A stretch of DNA of 64,000 bases from the human T2T-CHM13v2.0 reference genome, Homo sapiens. This document shows positions 43,111 through 58,054 of the stretch, piece by piece (the stretch's first letter is position 1; every line of letters begins with the position of its first letter). Location: assembly GCF_009914755.1 (NCBI RefSeq), contig NC_060929.1, one strand, 5' to 3'. The notes beneath the pieces were generated by a model, which saw only the letters and a list, made by a program, of their open reading frames with translations, searched no databases and was not told the DNA's origin. Made by a program: the position numbers and the translations under genes.

Positions 43111-44379
43111 CCACGCTCATTCTTAAAGAAAAAGTAGTTCTTTTTGCAGAAAGTATGGGCAAGGGCCTCTAAGGCAAAAAGATCAGCATGACAAAGGCAT
43201 GAAAACAGTGTGATAAGCTCAGGCTTCTCTTATGATATCTTTCCTTCAAATAAATATACAAGAGAAAATGCTTGCAAACAGATACAGCTACAGTTTCTGG
43301 CATCTCAACAGCCTGCCTTTTCCCCTTGAGAGAAGAACTGAGATAATGAGGGCTTTAAATTCATCTTTCTGAATATAGACCAAATCTTACTGCCTATGTT
43401 GTCTTCCACACAGTCCCTCAGCTAGAAGCCCTGAAGGGCAATGACACACTTTGGACCCATTGTTGGCGATGAGGTCAGGAAACTTATTTCTGGCATTTGG
43501 ATATTGTCAAAAGGAATATATCTTTTCCTGTCTCTTTAAAATGCCTTGCCGATTTTTGTGACACATCCATAAATTTATCTAGAAACAGATTGGCAGCAAG
43601 CTCAGTGTCAATTATTTAGAATGTGTGCCCCTTTGGACCCCTCTTTTGCTCATCTCTTCGCCCACCCCGGCATGGCACATGTGTCAGGAAAGCAATCTGC
43701 ACGTGAATCAATGCTGTGGGCCGGGACTGTCTACACTGTGGTCAAAGGCTACTACATTTGATTCCTAGGAAGCTCATAAATGTGCCATTGCGGAGTGAAA
43801 AGAAGAAATACACGATAATGTATTCCATCTGAGCCATGCATTTTTTTTCTGACATCAGTTAAAATAATTTCTGAAAACTACATTTTTAATGGGCAAAAAC
43901 TTAACTATTATTTATGCTCACTTAAAAAAGTAAAAGAATAAGTAAACCTAGATGGTTTTTCCCCGCTACACACATCTACCCGCAGTATTGGCAAAGAGTG
44001 AAATCAGAATGGATTCACAAAAGATGAATATGATGCTTTATTTATGGAAGAATTGCCTGATATTGCTTTTACCAATTAGGATTGACCAGGAAACAAATGT
44101 TTCTTTGTGAGTTGCTTCTTTTAAAGGAAGCTCTTTTCCTTCTTTAACCTCTTTCTGGGACAGCTGACGCTGAGGCTGCAGTGGCCTGTGTGGGTGAGAA
44201 GCTCCGCTTTTGCCCCTGCTCCTTCAGTGGGAGGGAGGAGGTGGTCTCTAGTCCTGAGGGCAGGACACTCAGACCTGCCTTTCCTCTGCTTTGGGCCTCT
44301 GTGGAGGTTGCTCCACTCAGGAAAGCGCACCCTATGGGCAGTGGAGGGATGAGCATGGGGATACTGGGGCCACTCGCAT

Positions 44380-44822
44380 TCTCAGCTGTGCCCATCTGAG
44401 CCAGCAGGTCCTTGGACAGGATGCCAGGGCCCCTCCACAATCTGGCTCCCAGCGACCTTCTAGAGCTCTTGTATCACTACTCTTGCTCCTACATCACCCA
44501 AACACACCTGGACCTCAGGACCTTTGCATGTGCTGTTTTCTCTGGCTGGACCACATGTCTCACTCCCTCGTTTCCTTCCATCTACTGTCGGGTCCTTAGA
44601 GAAGTCCTCTCTGGCCACAGTCTCTGCCCTTCCCAGCTTTATTTACCTCTGAGCATCTCCTGACATTTTATATTTTTGTTTGTTCGTTGTGTATCCCTCC
44701 CCACGGGAATGCCAGCTACCTGAGAATAGGACTTTGTTTTGTTCACTGCTATATCCCTTGCCTTTTGAACAGTGCCTGGTACATGACAAGCATTCAAAAA
44801 ATTTGTTGAATGAATGAATAAA
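44380..44822 (+). mobile_element. L2a 3' end
   Basis: cctcaggacctttgcatgtgctgtt...gaacagtgcctggtacat...tgttgaatgaatgaat. Confidence 0.85.
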
Positions 44823-44883
44823 GTGTGACTTGCCATGTGTCTTGATTGCTCTCGTTCTTAGTTTCCTCATCTTTAAAATGGGA

Positions 44884-45505
44884 ACAGTGTAAATTAGTTC
44901 AACCATTGTAGAAAGCAGTATGGCAGTTCCTCAAGGAGCTAAAAGCAGAACTACCATTCAACCCAGCATTCCCATTACTGGGTAGATACCCAAAAGAATA
45001 TACATCATTCCACCATAAAGACACTTGCACACAAATGGTCACTGCAGCACTATTCACAATAGAAAAGACATGAAATTAACCTAAATGCCCATCGGTGGCA
45101 GACTGGATAAAGAAATTGTGGTAAATATACACCATGGAATACTATGCAGTTGTTAAAAAGAATGAGATCATGTCTTTTGCAGGAACATGGATGGAGCTGG
45201 AGGATATTATTCTTAGCCAACTAACGCAGGAACAGAAAACCAAATATGACATGTTCTCACTTATAAGTGGTAGCTAAATGATGAGAACACATGGGCACAA
45301 AGAAGGGAACAACAGAGATTGGAGTCTACTTGAGGGTTGAGGGTGGAGGGTGGGAGAAGAGAGAGGAGAAAAAAAGATAACTATTGGGTACTGGGCTTAA
45401 TACCTGGGTGATGAAATAATCTATACAACAAACCCTTGTGACATGAGTTTACCTATGTAACAGACCTTCACATGTACCCCCAAACCTAAAAAAAAGTTAA
45501 AAAAA
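44884..45505 (+). mobile_element. 5'-truncated L1PA15/16-like element inserted in a MIR
   Basis: L1 3' UTR; TSD taaaatggga at 44874-44883 and 45506-45515 (TT|AAAA site). Confidence 0.92.
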
Positions 45506-45965
45506 TAAAATGGGATTAGTGGCACTTACCTCACAAGTTGTTATGGGAATATGAGTTATGTTACTATATAGAATGGGGAGAATTCCATAAAACAAATAAT
45601 ATGAGTAAAACAGCTTTAACTCTTTGAGTGAATATATGTGCTGGGCATCGCTGTGTTACAGATGCATTTTACTGTGCACTCGCCGTGCAATGGAAAGGGT
45701 GCTGGCATCTTATGTGGATGGTCTTATCTGTGAGCAACACTGGCCCTCAGCTGGCCTACTCAGGGCCAGTTCCGATCGGCCCAACAGCCGTCCTGATTAG
45801 TTGAAGGTCCTACTGAAAATGAGCTGTGAAGTATTTATCTCCAGTCCTGTGAAGGAGCTAAATGCTATTAACCCCTGAGTTTGATAATTGAGGAGACTCA
45901 GAGGTGAACTGCCTCACTCTCTGTCACATAGTAAATCCGGTGTGGAGTCAGGGTTTAAAGCAGCT

Positions 45966-46170
45966 CCATCACACTCCATCCATCCATCCATCCATCCATC
46001 CACCCACCCACCCACCCATCCATCCGTCCATCCACCCAACCATCCATCCATCCACCCACCGACCCATCCATCCATCCACCCAACCATCCATCCATCCAAC
46101 CATCCATCCACCCAACCATCCATCCATCCATCCATCCATCCATCCATCCATCCATCTACCCATCCATCCT
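45966..46170. repeat. (CCAT/CCAC)n array abutting an L2 3' end
   Basis: Array followed by tcattcaacaaatattttttgaatacctac. Confidence 0.95.
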
Positions 46171-47199
46171 TCATTCAACAAATATTTTTTGAATACCTAC
46201 CATGTACCAGGCAGTATTTAAAGAATATAGCAGAGAACAAAATGAAGTTTCTTCCCTCATGGAGCTCACATTCTTCTTGAGAAACACATGATGAACAAGT
46301 AAAAACATATTACGTCAGGTGGTGACAAGTGCTCTGTCTTGGAGGCCAGAGCAGGGCAGGAGGGTGGGTCCCAGAGCGGCAGCTGGTGGCAGCAGCCAGA
46401 TGGGTGTGAAGCTTCAACACAGGGACTGGAGACCCCATGCAATGTTGCCCAGGGCCAACTCCAGGCCTGGGCTAACCGACAAGGCAGCCGTTTGTTCAGT
46501 GAGGTTGTACTGGCCCCGGGGATTGTTACCTCCCTCAAAATTTGTCTCTTGGAGTGGGAGTCCCCTGGAGAGGAATTGTCCTCAGCCACATGACCCCAGG
46601 GATGCTAATGTCCTCTGCCCATAAAGTCTGCAGAATGGGGCTTTCTGGTTTGTGGAGGGCTCCCAGTCCTGGGGCCTCAGTGACCAAGAGGCTGGGTGGC
46701 AGCTGGGGGCGGAGCATGGGCTGGAACGTACTGAAAAGTAGAGGATCACAGTGAGAGTGAGTGTCCAAGCTGCGATGCTTTTAGGAAGGTGGGAGGGGCA
46801 GGGCGTGGACAGGAATTTGAAGAGTCCTGCCCCATTAGTCACACATCCTGTGTGTCCTTTGGTGAGGCAACTGGCCAGCAACTCAGCAGGCTTTCTAGAA
46901 CCTTCTCCAGGGCACCAGGGAGACAAAGTGGACAAAACCCAGGCCCTGCCCTCAGGCTCTCCCAGTTTAGCTGGGCTTCCTCCTGTCAATGGTGGCTTTG
47001 TCCAGGGGCCAGAAGGGAGGTGTGGGGGGCTCCCCTGCCTGCTCTCCCTCCCCAGCCTCTGAAAGCTGTCTCGCCTCCTGCTTCCTGCCTGGGAAAGTTC
47101 AATAAAAACTTGAAGTTTCAGCTTAAGAATCACCACCTTGATTAGTGACCTGCTCCAGCCAAGTGACCTGGTTAGAGACCTCCCTCCTTTGCGCCTCCA

Positions 47200-47440
47200 T
47201 AGAGAGGCGGCATTTCAGAGCGTGAGCTTTGGAGTCAGACACACCTGTTCAAATCAGTGAACACTGATCACTGCCATGTGGTTCAGGTAAATCTTGTCAC
47301 TCTGATTTTTCTCTTCTGTAAATGCCGATAGAGAATACCATCTTCAAAGTGTTGTTGGAAAGATACATGAAATGACTTAGGTACAGGGTCTGGTACAGAG
47401 TAGGTGCTTGACATGCCACGAACTACTAATTACCATTATC
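47200..47440 (+). mobile_element. MIR SINE
   Basis: gagctttggagtcagacacacctgttcaaatc...ggtacagagtaggtgctt. Confidence 0.8.
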
Positions 47441-47559
47441 ATCGTGCCTTTATCTTCTTCTGATGCCAGTGCGGGCTCCTTGTCTATCTTCATTTCCAGA
47501 CTCTGACCTCCATGAGGAAGGGGCCTGGGCCCTGTTTTCTTTTGTGTCCTGGAGTTTAC

Positions 47560-47750
47560 AGAGAGGTGAGCAAGCTGCAGCCCACCTTCTGTTTTTATGA
47601 ACAACTTTGTGCTAGAACACGGCCACCCCACTTGTTTCCATGTTGTCTATGTCACAAGAGCAGCCTTGAGTTGTTGCAATAGACGCCGTAGAGCTCTCAA
47701 GCCTTAAATATTCAGTCTCTTGTCATTTACAGAAGAAGAACAATCTAACA
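47560..47750. mobile_element. MER58A-like hAT MITE
   Basis: gaacacggccacccc...ttgtctatg...gagttgttgcaatagac...aaatattcagtctc...tttacagaa. Confidence 0.7.
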
Positions 47751-48719
47751 CCTAATAGATGTTCATAAATACTTCTTCCAAGAACCAGCAGATGAATAGG
47801 TGCCGCACAACTGTGTCATGGACTGTGGTAATGCGTTAGCTCAATTGGAATATTCCTCTTGTTAGTTTTTTTTGGGGGGTGGGGAGGGGGAGTAGGTTGG
47901 CTCTCTCCCCCTTGAGCTAACTTATATTTAAAGCTGACACCCTGATTATTAACTTCATCTGATTGTGGCTGGCTGTGTGGGTGGGTGGTGAAGCCCTGGA
48001 GAAAAGAAATGAGAGGGAGAATAAGCAGGGAAGAGGGGAGAGGAGGCACAGAAAGAAGAGACAGAAGCTGCCTCCTTAGCTTTTTCTGGTGCCACTGGCC
48101 TTGGTCAGGCCCTCATTAAGTCAAGCCTGGACCTTTGCAGTAGCCCAGCTGACAGCTTGGCATGTGGGAAGCACTCAGCAGATTTGTGTTGAGTGAATGC
48201 ATGAGATGGCTGTGGACCATCAGAAGGAGTACAGGAGTGGAACCACAGGAGTGGAGCCCAAGGCGGAGTTTAGATTCCAGCTTTATCCAGCAGAGTGACC
48301 TCATAGAGGTCAGCTCACCTCTGCTCCAACAGGGACAGGGTTCTTGCTGGCACAGAAGGCACCAAAAGGAAGAAAACTGTCATTTATAGGGCAACAACAA
48401 TGTGCTGGGCACGGAGGAGGACGTTTTACATCCCTGAACCAATATTCACAACAAGCCAGTGAGGTAGAGACCAGCCAGTTTTACAGCTGAGAAACAGGCC
48501 CAGGAAGTTATGCTGATGGCCTTTTCATGTCTCTTTGAGCTTTATGATCTGGGCTTCTCCCAAGATGAAGGGGGAAGAGGAGGTGAATTCCTCAAGTCTA
48601 AGAAGTGAACTTCTTAGCTGGACAATCAGTTATAACATAAGGAGAGGAGCTTACAATTTACTAAGAGCATTCTCAATCCATCATCCTCATTCAATAAAAT
48701 AATCTAAATATATTAAATG

Positions 48720-48960
48720 TGAATAACGCTACCATTTAGTGAGTGCTTCTTTTGTGCCAGACACCCTGGGACTTGCTTTGACATGTGTTATTTTGCTAAC
48801 TTCACATGGCCGTGTGAGGGAAATCATTTTAACCCCATTTTACAGATGAGGAAACTAAGACTCTGAAATGTTGAGTGACTTGCCCAAGGTCACACAGCTA
48901 GTCAGGGCAAAATGGGGAACTCTCATCTGTATGACTCAGACCACTAAATTAACTGGCTCC
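48720..48960 (-). mobile_element. MIR SINE
   Basis: ccccattttacagatgaggaaactaag...gtgacttgcccaaggtcacacagcta. Confidence 0.88.
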
Positions 48961-48997
48961 CATCCTGCTACTTATTTGTCATTGAAAAGGGCTTCAC

Positions 48998-49213
48998 CAA
49001 TGAGAACACATGGACACAGGGAGGGGAACAACACACACTGGGGCCTGTTGGGTGGGAGAGAGCATTGGGAAAAATTGCTAATGCATGCAGGGCTTAATAC
49101 CTATAGGTACTGGATTGACAGGTGCAGCAAACCACCATGGCACATGTTTACCTGTGTAACAAACCTACACATCCTGCACATGTACCCTGGAACTTAAAAA
49201 ATAAAATAAAAAA
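48998..49213 (+). mobile_element. Short L1PA (PA8-10-like) 3' end
   Basis: caatgagaacacatggacacagggagggg...cacatgtaccctggaacttaaa; TSD gaaaagggSttYac at 48984-48997 and 49214-49227. Confidence 0.92.
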
Positions 49214-50028
49214 GAAAAGGGGTTTACTTTGTTTTGTTTCCAGAAGAAAGGTCACCATTTAGTACTGCGAGGATAGCATGATTGATTACAATAATTATAA
49301 TACTGTGCAATAGAGTTTTTACCGCTGTTGGGTGCAATGCCACAAACATAGCCCAAGCGTCCTGACTCTTTTGAAAGAGCTGATAATTAGGTTCTTATAA
49401 TTACACACCCCATTTTCTCAGAGATAGAAAGAAAAAATTGGTTTTGTGAGTTAGAGAGAGAGTTCTTTACCAATGGTCAGAAGTGGCTATTTTAGCAGAA
49501 CTGGGGAAAATGTGAAATGTAAAAACATGCCTTTGGGAGCTGGGGCATATGGAGTGTATGGCCAATGACTTTGCATCTAGAAGAGTTTTTACGTTTCATG
49601 ACTCTATAACCAAAATGAGAAAAGATTTAGGCAAGGCTTAATTTTAGATTGGATTTCATTGAATGCAGCTGATGCTAAAGGCAAGTGTTTGATTACAGCA
49701 TGTACCTGGAGGTGCCCTGGGGTGTGGACTTGGGTGTTGATCTCCCCAACATTGACTCCCCCTTCTTTAGCCAATAGACGGATCTTCATGTGGGACACAC
49801 CCCCCTTGGACATAAAGAGGGGAACCTGGGACATAACCAACTATTGAGCTCTTCTGTTGCTCCTGGATATCTGGGCAAGTGACCTGACATTTCTAAGCCT
49901 CGGGTTCCTAATCTGTACAATAGGCATAGAGATCGTACCTGTACAATAAGATTGCTGTGAGCCTTAAATAAGATAAAAGCTGTCAGTGTTTTATAGAAGT
50001 GCTTGGAAATGTTAGCTATTGTCATAAC

Positions 50029-51587
<1,559 letters not shown>

Positions 51588-52134
51588 CACAGTCACATTC
51601 TTTAAACTGTGAAGTTAAGCACATGTGAGTTATTACAAATCCCTCTGAGGATTTCAACCATCAGTCCCTCCTTGCCTGGCAGCTGGGCACATGCCTCAGT
51701 TTTCTTGCCCTGTCCTCTAATCTTCATGCCTGTCCTCTAGTGTTTATGCCCTGCCTTCTTCTGAGCTTCTCAGTTTTCTTCCAGACTCTCATGAGTTGGG
51801 CTGAATGGCAAGTGTCTCTTCCAGCATCTCTTCTCTTGGTGACAGTGCTGTGCCTATTTCACTGATTTGGAAAATGTCTGTGCAACACCACCAGCAACGC
51901 ATGATGCTAGGGTTGTGTAGGGCTATGGAGGTGGTTGACCAGCTGTCCCACAAGCAAATGCCCATGCCTTGAGCTCCTCTCTGAGTCATGGCTCAGGATC
52001 TGTGAAAAGCTTTCCTTGGGACTTTGCTCTCTTCTCCAGGACCCTCCAATGCTCCCCTTGCTTCTCCTGCATTGTCTTCTTGGCCGAGCCCAGCTTCTCT
52101 GTGTGCCATTGCTGCTACTGCAATCGTGCCTTTG

Positions 52135-52195
52135 GAGTGACTGGCTGTTCCAGCTTGCCAGGGACTGAGGGATTTCTGGGATGCTCCCGGATCCC
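52135..52195. mobile_element. Partial MER81-like fragment
   Basis: cttgccagggactgagggatttctgggatg. Confidence 0.5.
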
Positions 52196-55100
52196 GTTTC
52201 TCTTTTTCCTCTTCTTAGTGTGATGCTGATTCCCACTTCCAGACCCCTTCACATGGCATGTGTGAGCGTCTTTCATCTCGCTTGCTTCCTTCCCTCCCCT
52301 GCTTCTCTTCCCTGCCCCTCCCCAGCACCCCAGGGAACTCCCATTTCTAAGGAGGAACAGAACTGGCATTCTCACCATGTGGCTGGGGACTGGAGCTCTC
52401 CCGACAAAATTAGCTGCCATCTCTGGATCCCCATTGCATTCTAGTCTTACACATCCTACATGATTTCATCCTTGACACCACCCTGTGATGAAGGGACTGT
52501 CATTATTGGCGTCTTATAGACAAGGAAGGTGTAGAGATGGAGAAGGTCAGCCACCAGCCAAGGTCACACCACAGGCTGCTTGTGAAACTGGATTTAGAAC
52601 CCAAATGTCTCTAGCTCCCTGCACACCTCCATTGGCCTAACTGCGCTCCCTGCCTCCTGGCCGTGGAGGAATCTAGGACAGTTGTAAAAGCCAAGGTGAA
52701 TGGAGACGTGAGGACGGTGCAGCAGTGGCCGGGTTTCTCAGCATTTCACATTCGCTTCCCTCCAGTACGGCTCCACTGTATGTTGACTGTGGGGGCACAT
52801 AATTATTCCCTGATTATCAATGGTCATAAATTTCAAAAAGCAAAAGTGTGTGTTTGCCCCACGCCCAGCACATTATTAAATGTTTCACCAACATCATTTT
52901 ATGGATGCTTTTTTAAAGTCACATGACGATCCAAGAGGGTGGATGTTAAAATGCCTTTTCTACGGATACAGGACCAGGCATTGTGAGGTTGTTATCAGCC
53001 ATATGACATGGCTGGTGGTAGGCAGCACTGGACTCTGTTCCCAGGGCTTCTGAGTAAAAGCTGCCTTGATCGAACACTTATCGCTGGCAAATACTCACTT
53101 TTATGTCCTCAAGCAAATTGTAAACTCTGACAAGGCAGCAAACATCTCTTAGGTTTCTTTATCATCTCCCAAGCTGCTTTGGCCCAGTGCTAAGCACACA
53201 GTCTGTGCTCAAAATTGACCTTTGAATGGACACTTTCCAAGGATTACCAAAAAAGAAAAAAAAAAAACCTCCAAAAACCAAAAAGCAAAACAAACAACCA
53301 AAGCTGTGTGTGAGGCTCATTTTCTTGGTGGAGGGATGAGTGTCCGGGTTATAGGAAAAGTCTAGAGGGAAAAGAAGTAGTTCTGAGGCTCCCTGTCTGT
53401 GCTGGTCACACTCATGATTATTATTGTCTTAGATGATAGGCCCAGAACTTCACGACAGAAGGGTGATTATGCCCATTGCATAGATGGGATGACTGAGGCC
53501 CAGTGGAGTTTGTTCTCTTTCCCCAAGTCTTAGATTTCAAAGTGACTGCTTTTCTCCTCCCTACACAAGCTTGCTGGCTTTTCCACGCTGCGGGCTGCCC
53601 TGCTTAGAGCTTTTGACTCAGAGCCAGGTGGGCCAGTTCCTGAGGTGCCTGTCAGACTCTCCCCCGGGGGGTTGTGTTTGGCTGTGTCCTCTGACAAAGT
53701 CCTTCTGGACTCCTACTGAGACTCAGATGACAGTGGCTCCGGCTGGCAGGCACTCTCCTCATTAAGACCTCTGGAAAGGCTGGATCTATTGTGGTTTTTT
53801 CCTCTAGGAATCAATACTTTTGGTGACACAAAACTCTGGGAAAGAAAGCCATGGAGCACAGGGGATGGGCAGAAAATTAGAAATTCTCCTTGAGTTTGGT
53901 TGTGGAAAGGAGATACAGAAAATCTTTTTAGTCTGATGAATCCTTGGCCAGGGTGTACAGGGGAAATTTATGAGATGAAGCTTGCAAAAAAAATGCAAAT
54001 CCTGTGACTGCTGTCCTGGAAGCCATTCACGGCGCTGGCTGCCCTACTCCTGACTTGTCTTGACGTGAGAATTTGGGGATTACATTATTCGGGAAGTGGA
54101 AACTATGGCTTAGAGGCCCGAAGCCCACAAGATAGGTTGTTCTGGAGAGAAGAAGCGAGACAGGGCCTACCATGAGTGAGAAGGGCATCCTGTACCCAGC
54201 CCTGAGGAGTCAGAAATCAGAGAGGTGTGTCCACAGCGGGGCCCTACACATGAGGGGTTCAGCCCCTCTGGGGCACAGTTACTCAGAGCTGGGCTGGGCT
54301 GAGGAAGCTGCTTTCCTTCTATTTACTCCATACCAACATTCCCAAAAGAGAATAAAATTGACCCCATTTTGGTGAATGTAAAATAGGTCATGTGACTTCC
54401 TGAACTCAGCCTGTAACTATTTACTGAGCGCCTACCAGGGGCCAGGCACACTTCTAGGGGCCGGAGATAGAACAAACCAAAAACAAAAATCAATTCCCTG
54501 CTCTTCTTCATTCTAGTGGCAAACAGACAGTTTGATGTGCGAAGATAATTACGACACAGAAGGCCAGGGAATGATGAGGAAAGATGACAGAAGCTGGTGG
54601 TCGGGAGGTGGCCACGTGGCATCTTGCCTTCTGGGGAGGAAGGCTCCTTGCTCAGGGGCACTGACACAGGGGCCCTGGCATCCGATTTCTGCGCGTTTCA
54701 GATGGGAGGGCCTGAACCCCCCTTGGCCTGGTTGAGCCAGCACTCAGAGTAGGAGTGGGACAGATGCAGCTAAGGGATGTCCAGGAGAGAAGGCAGGCTT
54801 GTTAACTGCATGGGCATCCGAGGCCACTTCCAGCGGGGACAGCCAGAGAGGCAGAACTGGCTTTAGAGAGGAAGGACTGTGCCTCTGCACAGCCGGACAG
54901 GTGAGGAGGAGGAAGAGGGTCAGCTCAGAAAACTTCCTGGGCCCTCACAGCTCCAGCCCTGTTCTGTAGGCACCGGGGTCTTTCCCACTTTCCCATCGTA
55001 TATGATGGAATTGTTGTTCTTTTTTTTTCTTTTCCTGAAAAATTGTTACTTAATGCATAATATAAACAAATCATGACTGAATTCATTTTCAGTGTGAGAG

Positions 55101-55574
55101 GTTAAAATAATCTAAAAGAATACAAAGCAGAGTGAGATTTTTTTTTTACATCTCCCTTTCCATCCCAATTTCCACCCCAAATGTATCCACTGTAAACAGT
55201 TTCGCATCCATCTTCTGGACTCTTTTCTATGCATTTACGTTCAAACCTGTGCAAATATGCTTGCATCTTAAATCAGAAATGGAATTACAGTATGCACCTT
55301 GCTCCATGATTTTCCTTTTTTTCATTTTACAATTTGTATTGGAAATCTATCTATGTCACTAACCATTTCATTATTTTTCACATGATATAGCCATACATTT
55401 TTTATTATCACCCTCATTTTTTTCTGCTGAGAAATATTGTTGATTGAGTAGGCCATATCTTATCATAAAATAAATTCTTAAATGTATTTATCTGTTTCTA
55501 TACTATTTTGTTCTTTTAATCAGTTGTCTATTTCTGAGTCAGTAAACACACTTTTAATTACTACAGCTTTGTAG

Positions 55575-55893
<319 letters not shown>

Positions 55894-56679
55894 TGTAGTA
55901 TGGTTTTATATGTTGGTATAGCAAGTTCCATGTCATTGTTCCTTTTGACAATTTCCCTAATAATTTGTATGCATCTTATGGTAAGTTTAGAATCAACTTC
56001 TTAAGTTTATTAAAAATCATGCTCAAATTATGATTAGGGTTACATTGAATGTGAAGATTATGTGGAGATAATTTTTACATTTTTACAACTTGTCTTCTCA
56101 TCTAGGATTATGCCATGAATCTTCATTATTTAAGGTTTTTAAAATGGTTGTGACATTTGTTTCATAAGGCTTAATAATTTTCTTCTTGCATAGTTCTTAT
56201 TAGGTTTATTCCTAGATACTATATGTATGTTTCTTTATTTTTATTATGAATGGAAAATTTAATTTGATTTTCTAATTGATTATTATGTAGTAATAGAAAC
56301 TACTGATTTTTGAATGTTGTGCATGTATCTACTCCCTGTTTACTGATTTCTCTTATTAGTCTTGTTATTTTGTTAGCTGATTTTCTGGGGAGATAATACT
56401 ATTGCCTACAAATAATGACAATTTTCCATGTTTGAAGTTTTATTACTTTTATTTTTTCTTGCTTTATTGCATTGGCTGAGATACTGATAACAATGTTGTA
56501 TAGCAAGAATGATACAGAAAGCATCATTACTTGTTCAAGTCCTAAGAGAGAATGCTTCTATATTTCACCAGTACATCTGATGTTTGTTAAGCATTAACTA
56601 CTAGGTTATGGTTTTTATTTAGGTGTTTAATTTGACCAAGTGTTTTTGGGTATTTTCTTCTCTAATCTATTAAGCTGGC

Positions 56680-57060
56680 AATTTGTATTAATATTAATAT
56701 TATTTGTATTAATATTTGTGTTAATATTAATTGTATTAATATTTGTATTAATATTTGTATTAATATTAATATTTGTATTAATATTAATTGTATTAATATC
56801 GATATCAATTGTATTAATATTGATATTAATTGTATTAATATTAATATTAATGGTATTAGTATTAATTTATTATATATTAACTATATAATTAATATATAAT
56901 ATTAATACTCAAATTAATAAAAATATTAATATTTTATTAATATAATAGTATTAATATTAATATTAATATTTTTATTAATTTGGGTATTTTCTAAGCTAGT
57001 ATGTTAGGAATTTGTATTAATATTAACATTTGTGTTAATATTAATATTTTAAAAGTATTA
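56680..57060. repeat. AT-rich (TATTAA/TTTGTATTAATA)n low-complexity repeat with an internal palindrome
   Basis: Directly visible; almost pure A/T. Confidence 0.95.
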
Positions 57061-57732
57061 CATAGTAAAATATCCTTGGCATTATTATTTTAATATATTG
57101 CTAGGTTTAATTTGCTAATATTTGATTGGTCATGTTATATCTATGTTTCTTGGTGAATATAGCCTACTATTTCCTTTTCCAGTTTTGATGTCAAGAGTTT
57201 TTCTCAGAGATGAAGGAGAAATGATTTCACCTTATTTGATGTTCAGTTTATGTATCATAAATTACAAGTTTTTTTGAAAATTTGGTAAGACTTGCCATAA
57301 ATTATCTTAGTTTACTTCCTTTTTAAGGAGTAGATCTTTGGCTAACTTTCTAATTTCTTCTATGTTTATTAATCTATTTAGGTTTTCTAACTCTTCTTGA
57401 AATTATTTTAATAATTTATATTTTCCTAAGAAATAATTCATTTTATCTAGATGCTCACATTTATTGACAGTAAGTTGTACCAAGCATTCTTACATATATT
57501 TCTAATATCACCTTTATCTGTAAGGGTTCCTTTCCTTCTGTCATTTCTAAGCTACTTTTTAATATGGTCTTTCTGGGTTTTTTTTTATAAGAATTGCCAG
57601 AAATTTGTTTATTATATTAATCTTTTTAGAGAATCATCATTGGTTGTATTGATCAAATCTACTGACTTTGTTTTGCTTGTGTTCTATTTTATTAATTTCT
57701 GCTTTCATCCTTTTAAATTGCTTCCTTTAGAG

Positions 57733-58054
57733 CAGTGGTCCCCAACCTTTTTGGCACCAGGGACCAGTTTCATGGAAGACAATTTTTCCATAGATAGGGT
57801 GGGGAGTGGGGGGAAGAATGGTTTTGGGATGAAACTGTTTCACCTCAGATCATCAAGCATTAGATTCTGGTAAGGAGTGTGCAACCTGGATCCCTCACAA
57901 GCACAGTTCATAATAGGGTTTGCACCCCTATAAGAATCTAATACTGCTGCTGATCTCACAAGAGGTAGAGATCAGGCTGTAACGCTCGTTCACCTGCCAC
58001 TCACTTCCTGCTCTGCGGCCTCGTTCCTAGTGGACCCAGCGTTGGGGACCCCTG
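57733..58054. mobile_element. MER1B (hAT-Charlie) MITE
   Basis: TIRs cagtggtccccaac / gttggggacccctg; 8-bp TSD ctttagag / ctttagac. Confidence 0.92.

Noticed and set aside
56640-56888. Hydrophobic 82-aa ORF resembling a membrane peptide
   Set aside because: Translation of the AT-rich repeat.
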